DNA from: Lama guanicoe
Taxonomy: Eukaryota
Reading direction: 5' to 3'
NCBI GenBank assembly: GCA_013239625.1
Contig: MU054001.1
Coordinates: forward strand, 2,424,151 to 2,488,150
DNA length: 64,000 nt
Position numbers and translations under genes: made by a program. The notes beneath the pieces were generated by a model. The model searched no databases. It saw only the letters and a list, made by a program, of their open reading frames with translations, and was not told the origin of the DNA. Positions within the stretch are counted from its first letter, which is position 1. Each line of letters opens with the position of its first letter. This document shows, piece by piece, positions 27,270 through 39,345 of the stretch.

Positions 27270-27835
27270 GGCATCCTTCTACACTGTGATTAAAATCCAG
27301 ACTTCCTGGGGCAGACTACACCCTTGTTAGTTTATGGCCATTCCTTGCCTCTCCAGCTTCATAACCAGCCTGGCTTTTCTCCTGGCCAATAACGCTCACC
27401 TTTCCTTATCCATGATGTGCTCCCTTACGCTGAGGGACTTTGTACGTGTTTTTATCTACATAGGATGCTCTTCCCTCTTTCCTGGCGTAGTTAGCTTCTA
27501 CTCTTCCTTTCTACCTCAGCTCAGTGGGTCACCACTTCAGGGAGGCATCCCCTGATGTCCCCACCTGGCATAGTCTGACCCAGCCCCATCTCTTCAATCC
27601 CATTGCATTTTGCTGTTCATCTTGCCTCCCCGGCTCCTACCTCTGCTGCTCTCTTTCCATTTCTCAAGCATGCCAAGCTCTCTCCCTCCTCGGGCTTTTC
27701 TCTGCCTGGAACATACTTTTCTCTGCCTGCCTCATTTCATGGTTGACTCCTCCCCATTCTTTAGGTATCGGCTCAAACGTCATCTCAGAGAGGCCTTTCC
27801 TGCTGACCTGATCAAATGTAGCCACTCTCCCCTGA
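27270..27835 (+). mobile_element. L2 fragments
   Basis: attaaaatccagacttcct...tctgcctggaaca...ggctcaaacgtcatctcagagaggcctttcctg. Confidence 0.7.
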
Positions 27836-27989
27836 ATTTTTTTTTTTTGGTCTAGCCTATATATATATATATATATTTCACTATATCTATTACAGTTTGA
27901 GTCTTGTTTCTGCACAGACAGAATATAGTCTTCGGATACTTCCTCTTCCTCTCTCACAAGAAGATGATTTCCATTATATTTGTCTAATT

Positions 27990-28236
27990 AAGTCATTCTC
28001 CAATGGGGATAAGGGGAGATTTTGCCCCTCAGGGGACATTTGCCAATGTCTGGAGACTTGGTTGTCACAGCCTGGTGGGGGATGGGAGGCTACTGGCACC
28101 AGGTGGGTAGAGACCAGAGATGCTGTTAAGCATTTACATACTCAAGGTGCATTTGTAAGCAAAGAATGTGATGCACTCCCCCAACAAAGAATTATCCAGA
28201 CCACAATGTCAATACTGCTGAGGCTGAGAAACTCTT
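27990..28236 (+). mobile_element. MER20
   Basis: gattttgcccctcaggggacatttgccaatgtctggagac...aaagaattatccag...aatgtcaatactgctgaggctgagaaac. Confidence 0.9.
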
Positions 28237-28887
28237 ACCTAATATCATCAGTTAGAGGAAAGAGTGAGATCAGAGGAGAGAATGAGTTGTTCCCAAATGA
28301 TGAACAATTTAGGAAATGGTACAAGTGAACTCTCCACATAAAACGGAATTGGGAAAGGAGTTGAAAGAGCTACCAGCATTCAGTCCTTAACGTTGGATGT
28401 GACAATAGCAATCTCATATAACCTACTAGTTGCTTTGCTTTTCAGTGATCATTGGTAAATCTTTCAAGACTTAATTTTAGTAAGTGAAACCTAATGATTT
28501 ATAAAAATGCATTAAATTTCTTAGGGCTGTATCTACACTTACAAGTTTCTTTCTCATATCATTGCTAGCAGGAAAAATTATGAGCTGTTTTGGAGGAGTA
28601 TGTATCAACCATTCTTGCCTATACTTTGTCATAGTAAATTCATTAGTCCATCTAAATTTTGTTTAATTAGAGTCATATTTAAAAGAATCACATGGCAGTT
28701 TCTAGTTTTTAAAGATATGAGCATTGATATATTGGCTTCTCTGGCCTGGCACATAGTAAGTGCTCAATAAATACTTTTCAACTGAGCTGACATCTTTCTC
28801 TTTTTAAGTGGGAATCCTAAGTTCAAAGAAATGTCTTTTGAAGGTCACTGTTTTGTTTTGTTTCTAGGAGAGGTTATTAAGATTTAT

Positions 28888-28998
28888 TCACTTACTTACT
28901 TACTTATTTATTTTTAATGAAGGTACTGAGAATTGAACCCAGGCCCTCATGCATGCTAAGCATGCACTCTGCCACTGAGCTATATATACTTTGCCACC
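28888..28998 (-). mobile_element. tRNA-derived SINE (camelid Vic-1-like)
   Basis: T-rich tail, then aggtactgagaattgaacccagg...catgcatgctaagcatgcactctgccactgagctata, the reverse complement of pol III B and A boxes. Confidence 0.8.
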
Positions 28999-30820
28999 GA
29001 AGATTACTTTTTTTAGTAGAAAATGATTGGAGCTGTTAAGGATCACCAGGTTCCCCTAAGGAAGTTGTTCATAATCAGTGGCCCTAAAGGAACTCTAAAG
29101 AGATACTTTCTCCATTAATCTTCTGACACTGTAATCTTCACACATAGAAAGTTATCAGATGACTGTGGACCATGGTAAATGCTAGCACATTCTGATGCAT
29201 AGATTATGTGGTTTAGAGGTTACCTGAAAATCTTTTAGAGGTCTTTGGTGTACTGTCCTTTGGGGGATAAGAAAGGTGGGGTCAGCATTGTTTGGATCTG
29301 AAGACCACGTAGGTGCTCTGAGTTTTGGCAAGGCCTCGGCCCACCACCAGCATTCTTCAGAAGTGGTTTCTGCACTGTCCCCACTGCAGAGAGAGCCAAT
29401 TTCTAGAAGTTTTTTTTATTTAATTAATTAATTAATTAATTTTTAGTGAAACGTTGTGAGGAATCTCAATTTATAAAACAAATGAAAATGGAGTTGCTTT
29501 GCTTATAACAGGGGATGGTGGTGGCCGAGAGCTCAGAGCCCCATTCATCTCTCTCTGTGTCAGTCCGTGCTTCCGCCTTGGGGGCCCCGTGCTCCCTAGC
29601 GCATTTTTTCTTCATCAAGCAATACCACCTAGCCCCGGGCTTAGGGGATCAGTCCCATCTAAGAATGGGTATAATAGTGTCTAATTCAGAAAGTTATTTA
29701 GAGGATTGAATTGGAAAACATATGTTAAGCTTAGCATAAATCCTGGCACAGAGTGAACATATATATCATAAAGGTTCCTTTTTCCTACAGTGACCCTCAG
29801 CTGTCTGTCACCAGGAGCTCTCAGGCAACCAGGTCCATAATAAAGGCATCCATTGTGGGTGAAATTCAGGAGGTGCTGATAAAGCCAAGAAAAGTAACTT
29901 CTTGGCCGTGAGATTGATCTGAAACACTGTAGGTCTGGGATGAGTCAGCCGAGTATCCACACATGATGTTCACGGGCCTTGGAGTAAAGAGAGCGAAGCA
30001 ACTCGGTTAATGAGAAAGCTGTGTAAATTCATCATCGAATTTCATGGCCATGCCAGTTAACTAATTTATTACTATACAGTCAGAATTCAAATACTCTGGA
30101 GTTGCCTGGGGATATTTTAAAACATTTAGATTTAAATAAGTCGGAAAGGACTTCTTAAAAGCATTCTGAAAGACATATTTGGAGAGTAAAATTAAGAATA
30201 AAATAGCTTAATTCCCAGTAGTTGGCAGGGTTGGAAGTGATACAAGCAAGCCATGGTGGAATCTTCATAGAACATGGAGGTGTGGACAGTCAGCCCAAAT
30301 TTTTCGAAGAGAAATAGCTGAATGTGTGACAGAATGCTCATGAAAAGCAATTAGGACAAACTGATAACGTAAAAGCCACTTTTGTGATACAAGTCTGTAG
30401 CAGAACGCCAGCCAGTAGAATATAATGTTTTAGGAGCAGTGGGAAAGAATATTGTCAGTGAGACAAGGAAGAGTGGGGTTGTTCTGATTCTCCAGGATTC
30501 CACAGGAATCCGATAACTCAGAAATGATTACAAAATGGAAAATTGATATATTTAATATTAAACCCTAGGAATTAACTACAGACCAGTTTAACTATGTATC
30601 TCTTCTTTTTAGTTTTTCCTAACTAAAGTGTTTTCATTTTTGTTTATTTTGTGTTGTTGTAAATGGAAAAAGTTAAGATGCTCCCCTCCTTACCCCACCA
30701 ATCCAACCCTGTATAATGTAACCATTGTTTACATATTTTTTTAAACAAAAAGGGGCTGTACTCTATAACTGTGTTGCCACTTGCTTTTTCACTTACGATA
30801 TCTTGCATATCACTATAGAT

Positions 30821-31036
30821 GGGTGGTTCTCAACTGGGAGCAGTTTTGCCCTTCGGGGGGCAATGTCCGGAGACATTTTTTGATTGTCATGACTGAAGAG
30901 GGGAGGGAGGTTGCTACTGGCATCTAGTAGGTAGGGGCCAGGGTTACTGTGAACATCCTGCAATACAAAGGACAGCCCCGACGGCAAAGAACTATCTGTT
31001 CCCAAATGTCAATATAGCTGAAATTGAAAAACTCTG
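30821..31036 (+). mobile_element. MER20, apparently inserted in an old L1 fragment
   Basis: gtggttctcaactggg...ggcaatgtccggagacatttttt...gctactggcatctagtaggtag...aaatgtcaata...gaaaaactctg. Confidence 0.9.
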
Positions 31037-32229
31037 TTCTAGGTCAGTACACATAAATCTAATGCATTGTTTTAAAAAGCTTCATAATGTTTTGTCATAT
31101 GGTAGATCATAATTTATTCAACTAGTTTCCTCTTGATAGCTATGGCTTCTTATTTAGTGGTGTGATCATATTTAATATTAAGAAGCCAAATGCTCCAAGT
31201 TATAATTCATTTGTTTCTTTAAAGAGCACAAAGAAGCCTTATCAGAAAGACTCAAAAGAGGAACAGTTAAGAATTCATAGGTTTGTGTATAAAATTAGAT
31301 TCTGGGTCACTGTGAGTCAGGAGAATTTGGTTTCCATAAAGTCACAGACTCACTCTAAATTGACAAGTCTGACAGCAAGTCATTTGAAAAGCATGTCTTC
31401 ATTTTTTGATTCTTTGGAATTAAAAAGGAGATGAAGAAGAAGAAACAGAAGAAGAGGCAACAGCAACAACTCAAAAGCCCTTTATATGACTGCCAGAAAC
31501 AAAGAAGACTACTTTTGAAGTGACGGCAGTGGCTTTCAGAGAAGCTAATTCTGATTATCTCTACCTCCTCCTTATACACATTTAAAAAAATTCATTAGTG
31601 CATTAAATCAGGGTGGGTTGAACGGAAGAAAGCAAAGCAGGTTTAAGAAGGAAAAAGGGATATCCAATTCTAAAGACATGGAATGACTTCCAGATGCTGA
31701 TGACAATGCAATTTAGAATTGGGATGACCCTCTGGTTAACCACAGAGGGTTTTACAGAGAGGGTGCCCTGAGGCAAGCAGATGCTTGCTCTGTGCTTCTC
31801 TGGCCCATCCTCTCTCCATGTCCTATGCCTTCCTGGGAGGATGAAATAGAGAACTGATTCTGCCCTTCTCACAGAGCTGGGGGAAGGGTAGGAACCAGCA
31901 CTGTGAGCGAGGGATGGCAGACCAGTTGGTGAGCCTCCACCCTTTTCTTTGTCATCACTGTCCTCAGTAAGAAGCTGAGTTGGACGTTTATCTTCCCTTA
32001 GCTGATAGTCTTTTATTCCACTTAGTTAAGTCATCCTCTGATAGCTCTGCAGAGCAATAGACTGGGACAGGTAATTTGGGCTTTGTGCTTTTGGCCTTTT
32101 CACTTCCTGGCACGTGTCCTTATAGTTAATAAATTAGTAGAGACCATTACCCTGGAATAAGTCAGATCGCCCAAAATGCAACAACTCAGATCTGTCTCAG
32201 GAACTGCTAGCACTATAAATTAATTGATA

Positions 32230-32762
32230 TTTTAATTGAGGTATAATGGACATATAATACTGTGTTAGTTTCAGGTACACAATATAATGATTCGCTATTT
32301 GGATATATTGTGAAATTATCACCTCAGTGAGTCTAGTTAACATTAGTCATCATATAGTTACAAAAAAAAATTATTTTTCCTGTGATGAGGACTTTTAAGA
32401 TCTATTCTCTTAGCAGCTTTCAAATATGCAAGTGGTATTTATTTATTTATCATTTATTGAAGTATAGTTGATTTACAATGTTTCAGGTAGGCAGCAAAGT
32501 GATTCAGTTATACCTAAATATAGCTATTCTTTTCTGTATTCTTTTCCATTATAAGTTATTACAAGATATTGGATATAGTTCCCTGTGCTACACAATAGGT
32601 CCTCGTGGTTTATCTGTTTTATATATAGCAGTGTATATCTGTTAATCCCCAATTATTAACTGTAGCCACCATGCTGTGTATTACATCCCCATGACGTATT
32701 GATTTTATCACTGGAAGTTGGTACCTTTTGACCCCCTTGACCCGTTTCATTCCCAGCCCCCG
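32230..32762 (-). mobile_element. L1 3' UTR interrupted by a second L1 3' end (about 32437-32652)
   Basis: The outer part aligns by eye with the L1 3' UTR at 3470-3790. The inner part begins (ttta)n tttattgaagtatagttgatttacaatg. Confidence 0.85.
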
Positions 32763-32823
32763 TGAGTGCATTGATGTTTGGGAAAACTAAAAGAGCATCC
32801 CCCCATCGCTGTCGCCCCTCTAG

Positions 32824-33093
32824 GATCAGAGCCACACTCAAGTGTCACAGTACCGTCAGGACCCCTCCCTGATCATGAGGTCCATCGTCCACATGACGGA
32901 TGCCGCTCGCTCTGGGATCATGCCTCCTGCCCAGCTCACCACCATCAACCAGTCTCAGCTCAGCGCCCAGCTGGGGTTGAATTTGGGAGGTGCGAGCATG
33001 CCCCACACGTCTCCTTCACCTCCAGCGAGCAAATCGGCAACCCCCTCCCCCTCCAGCTCCATCAATGAAGAGGATGCGGATGAATCCAACAGA
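32824..33093 (+). CDS. TOX3: TOX3 coding exon 4 (270 nt, [14 protein letters not shown]...[14 protein letters not shown])
   Basis: Acceptor gcccctctag| and donor AGA|gtaagt. Contains the TOX motifs [15 protein letters not shown] and [11 protein letters not shown]. Confidence 0.97.
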
Positions 33094-33674
33094 GTAAGTT
33101 AACTGCCTTTAGAATATAACCTACAATTTGGGATCACCCATGCTTACGTCTTTGAATTTCATCGTCACAGTATTACCTCCTTTTTCTTCCTGGATTGAAA
33201 TAGCTTTTAAATTTATGACAGTTTGATTTTTTTTCCCTTCACTCTTTTATATTTATTTCTTTTCTTTGGAAAATGTATTAAACTGGAAGTTGGGAGATCT
33301 GGCTGCTCCTACTAGGAGTAAGGTATTGAGCAAGCCACTTACAGGCATAATTTTCCTAATCGGTAAAGAGGAAGGCTTGCACTGGACTTTTCAGAAGTTT
33401 CAGCTGCTCTGATTCTTAGATGATGTCCATGTGGGCGTGTTTCACCTAGTTAGTCAGCTAACCTGCAGCCACATGTGACAGTCTTGCACCTCTGATGATG
33501 CTTATTGCTTAGTAAGTTTCTTTCATCTTGCATCTTTGCTTTTGTCAGGGAGATTATATATTATTCAAATAGACATTATTCAAAGTAAAAACTTAGTTTC
33601 AGGCTTTTCTGAAGGCCTTTAAAAGTATTCTATTTCATTCAAATTACTTATTCTAGGTGCACAATTCCTCATTC

Positions 33675-34720
33675 CTCATTCATCAATTATGCGTCGTACA
33701 CTTACTCTGTGCTTAGCATTTTACCTGGTTCAGGTGATACAAAGATTTACAAGAGAATTACTGCCCCTGGGACTTCCCCTTGGGAACATGTGGCAGCGCC
33801 AGATGTGATTAGTGGTATAATTGATGTATCTGGTGTGCTGAGCCCGTCATCGATTCTGTTTAGGAGAGTGATTTGAGGAAGACTTTACTGAGAAGGTGAT
33901 GTTTGAATTAGGTCTAAGAGGATACATAAAACTTTGTGACGCAGAAGAGAGAGGCCAGCATTCTGGGAGAGGGAGCAAGTGGAAGTACATGCCCGTTTAT
34001 GGGTATCGCGAACAGTGTGACGTGGGGGAGGAAAGAAACAGGAATTGAAGAAAGAAGTGGCTGAAAGGTGGGAACCTTTCCCCGGCTGGTAGTTGAGAGC
34101 TGATGAGTTATTTGCATAGTGGAATGGCATAAGCAAATTTATGCTTCAGAAATATAACTTGAGCTGTGTATAGAATGTGTTCCAAAGAGAGGGACCAGAG
34201 AGAAGATCCTTTTATGAAGTGTTTCCTTTTATTTTTAACGAAGAAAGGAATGGACAGGAGGTACCAGATTAGTGAGACATTCAAGAAGGAGAATCACTCG
34301 TTAAGGTTTGATGATCCCCTGGAATTTGAAGGAGTAGAAGATACACCAGGTTTTAGTTTGGGAGCCAGAAGGGATAAGGGTAATGAGAAGATAACCCGGA
34401 AGGGAGGATTGTTTTTCGTTTGTTTGTTTGTTTGTTTTTCCCCATAGGGAAGATGAGAGTTGGACATGGTAGGGGCTGGATCTGAGATGCTTCCATTTGA
34501 GTCTAGAACTCAGTCCGTTGGAGATGAAACTATAGATTTGGGGGCCCTCAGCACATCAATGTGAAGACATAGAAGTGACCGGGATTTCTCAGAGTGTGTA
34601 AGGAGCAAGTCAAGGCCAGAACCTCGAGCATCACTTACTTTGACCTTGAGCATCATTATTTTTAAATAGAAATGGAAGAAGAGGAGCTGGGGAGGTTTGT
34701 GAGTGATAAAAAGAGGAGAA
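33675..34720 (-). mobile_element. L2 element (degenerate)
   Basis: cattcatcaattat...cacttactctgtgc; gaagactttactgagaaggtgatgtttgaattaggtct; atagatttggggg. Boundaries approximate. Confidence 0.7.
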
Positions 34721-37101
34721 ATGTTGCAGGGATTTTCAGCAGGAACGTTTGGTCCACCCCGTGATGTGAGCACCCCACTGCACACAAGGTGGGGAAGTGT
34801 GCTGCCAGTCTCTGCTCACACTCTTAAGGGCAGTGGGGTGAAGTGGGAAATAATAAAGAAACTCAAGGGATGTGTATGAGATATAGCTGGCTATTACACA
34901 ATTCAAGTGGATCCCTTTCACTTCACTCAAATTCCCACTGATCGTAATACTTACTTCTGTATCAATCTGAAATTGTCCCATCCGAAGAGAACCTTTTATG
35001 TGACTCCTAGCTTGCTCCATTTTAAGTCACGGTCTAGGTTTTGTGTAAAGACAAGGAATCCAGTTTATCAACGGCTTAGCTGAAAAAGGAAGATTAACAT
35101 TAGTGTTGATTATGTCTTTGGGGTAAAGCTATTTCTCCGTTTTTCGCAGCCCTTTGAGTCAGCTACGTGAAAGTTTCTTTCGGAGAATTAATTCTGAGCT
35201 TTTATTTAAACTGTGAAATTCCTCATTTCGGGTTTATTCGTAAAAGGTAATGACGATTAGGTCAGGTCGTGGTTATCCAAAAAAGACGTCAGAGGCTGTC
35301 AACATTTGAATGTTGTTTTGCGAAGAATGAAATTAAACTCCTCTTCTTTGGAAAAAGCTGTACTGGAAATTACTTTCATCTTGCCATTGGTCGGAGTATT
35401 GTTGATGCAACCAGTGCCAAATTCTCTTCCAAGAATAGAGTTGTTTTACTCAATAAGAAAAATCTGTGTCTATGTATTTTTTCTTGTGGCTAAAGTAATA
35501 TTTTTTCACTGAAGGAAAACTTGGCTCCAATTGAAGCTCTAACCGAAAGACATCTGACTCCCTTGCAAGTTCAGATTCATTAACTAGAATTTAACAAGTC
35601 TCGCTTATTCTGAGGATTTAGAAAAAAAGGCTATGAGGTCTACAGAATTTTATTGGATTAATTGTGTGAGTTATAAAAGACGGCATTTAGGAGGAGAGAC
35701 GAGATCTAGCTTAACACCTACTGAGGTCTGTAAACTACTTGTATAAAGTATGAGTGTGGTTACCACTCAAATAATGAAAACAGTAGGCCCACCAAGAAGG
35801 AGGCTGCCAGTTTCCTAACACCAGGAGGGTTCAGAGCTCTCAGAATTACTTATCAGTTTCCTCGCTAAGAATTCCAGTAATTGGGTTAAGTTCCAAATGA
35901 CCCTTCTTCAGCAAGTAATGATGTTCTTGGAAATTTGAATTAAGATTCAAGACTCAAGGCCATTAAAAGCCAATCTGTTAGTAACTTGAATCTATCTCTG
36001 TTGATCTTGCCTAAGGCTGGCTTTTAAAACAGATTTTGTCAAACACTGCAGCGTTCTTGATGAAGTTAACTGCAGAATTGTCTTCAACAGAGTCATGTTA
36101 TAATCTAAGGGGGATAAAACAAGGTTAATCCAATCATTTCCCCTGCTTTTCTGTTGAGTATGTTTTTGATTGTTGAAATTAGATGCTGGTAGCAGGTGAA
36201 TATTGGAGCTCAGTGGTATATAAATTTGGGGAACTGTACCCATGTTATTTCTATGGTTTTGATTTCGGACAGCGTGTGATTTTCAGAGAGTGTGAACCTC
36301 TGTATGTCAGTATTCTTGTGGGCAGGGTTACTATATGTAATAATAAATGTCTTCTTATTAGTCTTTTTTTAGCCTTGGTGATTTTAAGTATCTACTGTTG
36401 CTGCTGTTTGACAGGTTTTTAATTTTATGAAGAGTATCAATTTCCTTTCTAGTTCTAGTTAGAATTTTGACATTTGTACATTTCCTGTTATCCTATTCTT
36501 TAGAAAGTTTTCATTGTTTTAGGAAATAAAGATGACCTTTCCCTTATTGTGAAACCTAGGGATTATAGCAGATTTCCATTTCCATCAGCAGAGTAACATG
36601 TGGTAAAATTAAAAAAAAAAAAAACAAGCCTCAAAAAAATCAATTCAGACTGATCATACACATGGTATGTGTGTACAGCAAGGGACCTCATTTAAAATAT
36701 CTGAATATGATCAACATCCTGAATATTATTTAAGTTTACTTCTAAAAACCTCTGAAAATGTAAAATATTTTGTTTATAGGTACGTATGTAGCATGGCATA
36801 TAGAGAGCGAGCATTGCCTGGTACAGAGTGTTCTGTTTTTCATTACTCATAATTGCTATTTAGAGCATATGTTGCGAATGTATTGAGGATACTTCTGGGT
36901 CTCATTAATCAATGTTCTAAATGCTAATGTCTGCTGTCCAGTTAACTCTAAGCAAGTTTGCCCCTCCCCCGCTTTTGGGGGTGATTCATCTGTGCATGAT
37001 GTTTAACAAAACCTTAAAAGAACAATTGTAAGCCCGAGTAAGTCTTTCTGCATTCTCGGCCAGTACATTCTAGGCAATGAATTTTCTTCCTGCTTTTACA
37101 G

Positions 37102-37329
37102 GCCATTGGAGAGAAAAGAGCTGCTCCAGATTCTGGCAAGAAGCCCAAGACTCCAAAGAAAAAGAAAAAGAAAGACCCCAATGAGCCACAGAAGCCAGTG
37201 TCAGCATATGCCCTGTTTTTCAGAGACACGCAGGCTGCAATTAAAGGTCAAAACCCCAACGCCACCTTTGGAGAGGTCTCAAAAATCGTAGCGTCTATGT
37301 GGGACAGCCTGGGAGAGGAACAAAAGCAG
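37102..37329 (+). CDS. TOX3: TOX3 coding exon 5 (228 nt): basic NLS and N-terminal part of the HMG box
   Basis: Acceptor tgcttttacag| and donor CAG|gtgagg. Translates to [76 protein letters not shown]. Confidence 0.98.
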
Positions 37330-38871
37330 GTGAGGCCAAGATCCGTGGCAGCTGTGTTGTGAAACGTCATACCAGAATATTCCTTACCCCTTTCCTGAGT
37401 GATTGCTTCTTGATATGATTGCTTCTCATGAAAGCCTGTCTAAGCAATGGCATTAAAAAACCCAAACATAGGAGTCCAAACCACTCTCCAGGTATATGGC
37501 TTTCTCAGTTCCCTGAAGGGTGCGTGTTCAGAGCCCATTCAGAAGAGAGTTGGAGGAGATCCAGGCAGTATCCTGCAAGCATCAACTTTTGATGATCATC
37601 TTTTCATTTGAAATAATGTGGAATTTTTTCCTCCTTGGTTCAAGGAGGAAATCTTGCTTGCCTTTCTTTGATCATCTTTCTGAACCCTTGTGCTGTCCTG
37701 GTGGGTCTCCAAACTTTGAAGCTGTCTCTGCGTGTCTCATTATTGTCCTTGGGCATTTGAAATTTTATTCCAAGTTCATTTGAAAGCTCAGCAGTAATGA
37801 GAGGTATTGAGAGATTAGCCATGCTGGTGGGAGATACTTCCTTAAGGTCTAGCCTCCCGTCTCTCCCCAGGCAAGTCCTCCACACCAATGGAGAGAAGAA
37901 TGACTTCCTCGGGGCTCTGTCCTCCCCTGGCTCCTTGCGTGAAACTCCAGTGACTATTCAGAGGAGTGAACTTTACACATCCTCAGAATAATAGACCCCT
38001 GTTAGTAATAAACCAGAATAATTGTTTCAGGAACTAAGAGTGAAAAACCCTTGGTTTTCTTTCCTTTTCTTTTTTTCTTTCAAAACAAATCATGGATTCG
38101 TTCCTACTCGCTGCTTACCTTGGGATGGTGCAGCTCTAGAATTTGCCTGTTTTTTTGCAGTGAGCTTCATGCTATATGCAGCAGACTGATTTTTCTACCC
38201 CAGGAATGTAATCCCAAAGCTGCATCTAACTTTTAAATTCTGGAGGAAAAGAGAGTTGCGCTTTGGTATAACAGCCAGCCATCAGACCGCTGTTAAGAAA
38301 AGGAAGCCCACATCACGTTCAATATATTGGTATTTGTTTATGTAGCCACTGGTCTCACTAATGGGTAATCTTTCATCTTTTACTATTTCTGGCTTGTTTT
38401 CCTCCAAAAGAAAACCCAGGTTGAAAGGCCTCTGTCTTGTCTGTCTTCGCACACTCTCTCTATCGTTGGTTTTTTCATCCTCTGATTTGGTGCGTGTGTG
38501 TGAGAGAAAGAAGACACTGATGGAGAAACTCGTTAACTTTCTATCGTTTAAACCATTTGCCGCAAATTTCATTCTTGTTGCCTTATTTACAGCCTGAGCA
38601 TGAGGTCCTCAGCCGTTACTCTTAAGAAATCTGTGCTGCAACCTGAAATCTTTCTCTTGTTCGCCATAGTTAACATCAAAGTTGTGCTCCAGCGAGGGCG
38701 GCGGGGTGCCGTTTTGTTTTAATATCTGTGTGTGTATGTTTCCGTTTAAAAGTCAAAGCCGCGGAGACCAACTTTATAAGTGAGTTCTGTTGCAACCTAA
38801 TTTGCACAGCAGTTATTTTATGGCTGCGAATTTGTATGCTAAAGGTGGTGCTAATTGTGGTCTTTTCATAG

Positions 38872-38952
38872 GTATATAAAAGGAAAACGGAAGCTGCCAA
38901 AAAAGAGTACCTGAAGGCCCTGGCCGCGTACAGGGCCAGCCTCGTTTCTAAG
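38872..38952 (+). CDS. TOX3: TOX3 coding exon 6 (81 nt): C-terminal helix of the HMG box
   Basis: Acceptor tcttttcatag| and donor AAG|gtaaac. Translates to [27 protein letters not shown]. Confidence 0.97.
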
Positions 38953-39232
38953 GTAAACCCAGACAGGGGCTGCCAGTCTCTGAGAGAATCACAATCTTGA
39001 AACAGCCATGGAGCATTCAAAACAGAAATGCAACTTCTTTTAGAGTTGATTAAAAAAAAAAAAAAAAAAAAAAAACCACACACATCTTGGACAACTCAGA
39101 AACTTACTTGTTCTCAGTAGAGATCACCAGAATGATGGCATGAAAAATAAGAGTTAATTTAAGCTGCAGAATCTAAATTGTTTCCAAAAGATCCACTGAT
39201 CTCTATGTATGTATGTTGAAGCTATTTAGACA

Positions 39233-39345
39233 ATTTTTTTTTAGTATATGTATACTTTATTTCTAAGTGGAGGTACTGGGATTGAACACAGGACCTCATG
39301 CATGCTAAGCATGTGCTCTACCACTGAATTATAACCACCCCCCAC
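39233..39345 (-). mobile_element. tRNA-derived SINE (camelid Vic-1-like)
   Basis: ggaggtactgggattgaacacaggacctcatgcatgctaagcatgtgctctaccactgaattataaccacccc. Same family as the copy at about 28.9 kb. Confidence 0.85.

Noticed and set aside
27897..28328. 143-aa ORF
   Set aside because: Runs through a non-coding MER20 MITE and has no recognisable domain.
28920..28990. tRNA-like A/B boxes suggesting a tRNA gene (also at about 39270-39335)
   Set aside because: Attached to A-rich tails and diverged from each other, so these are SINEs rather than tRNA genes.
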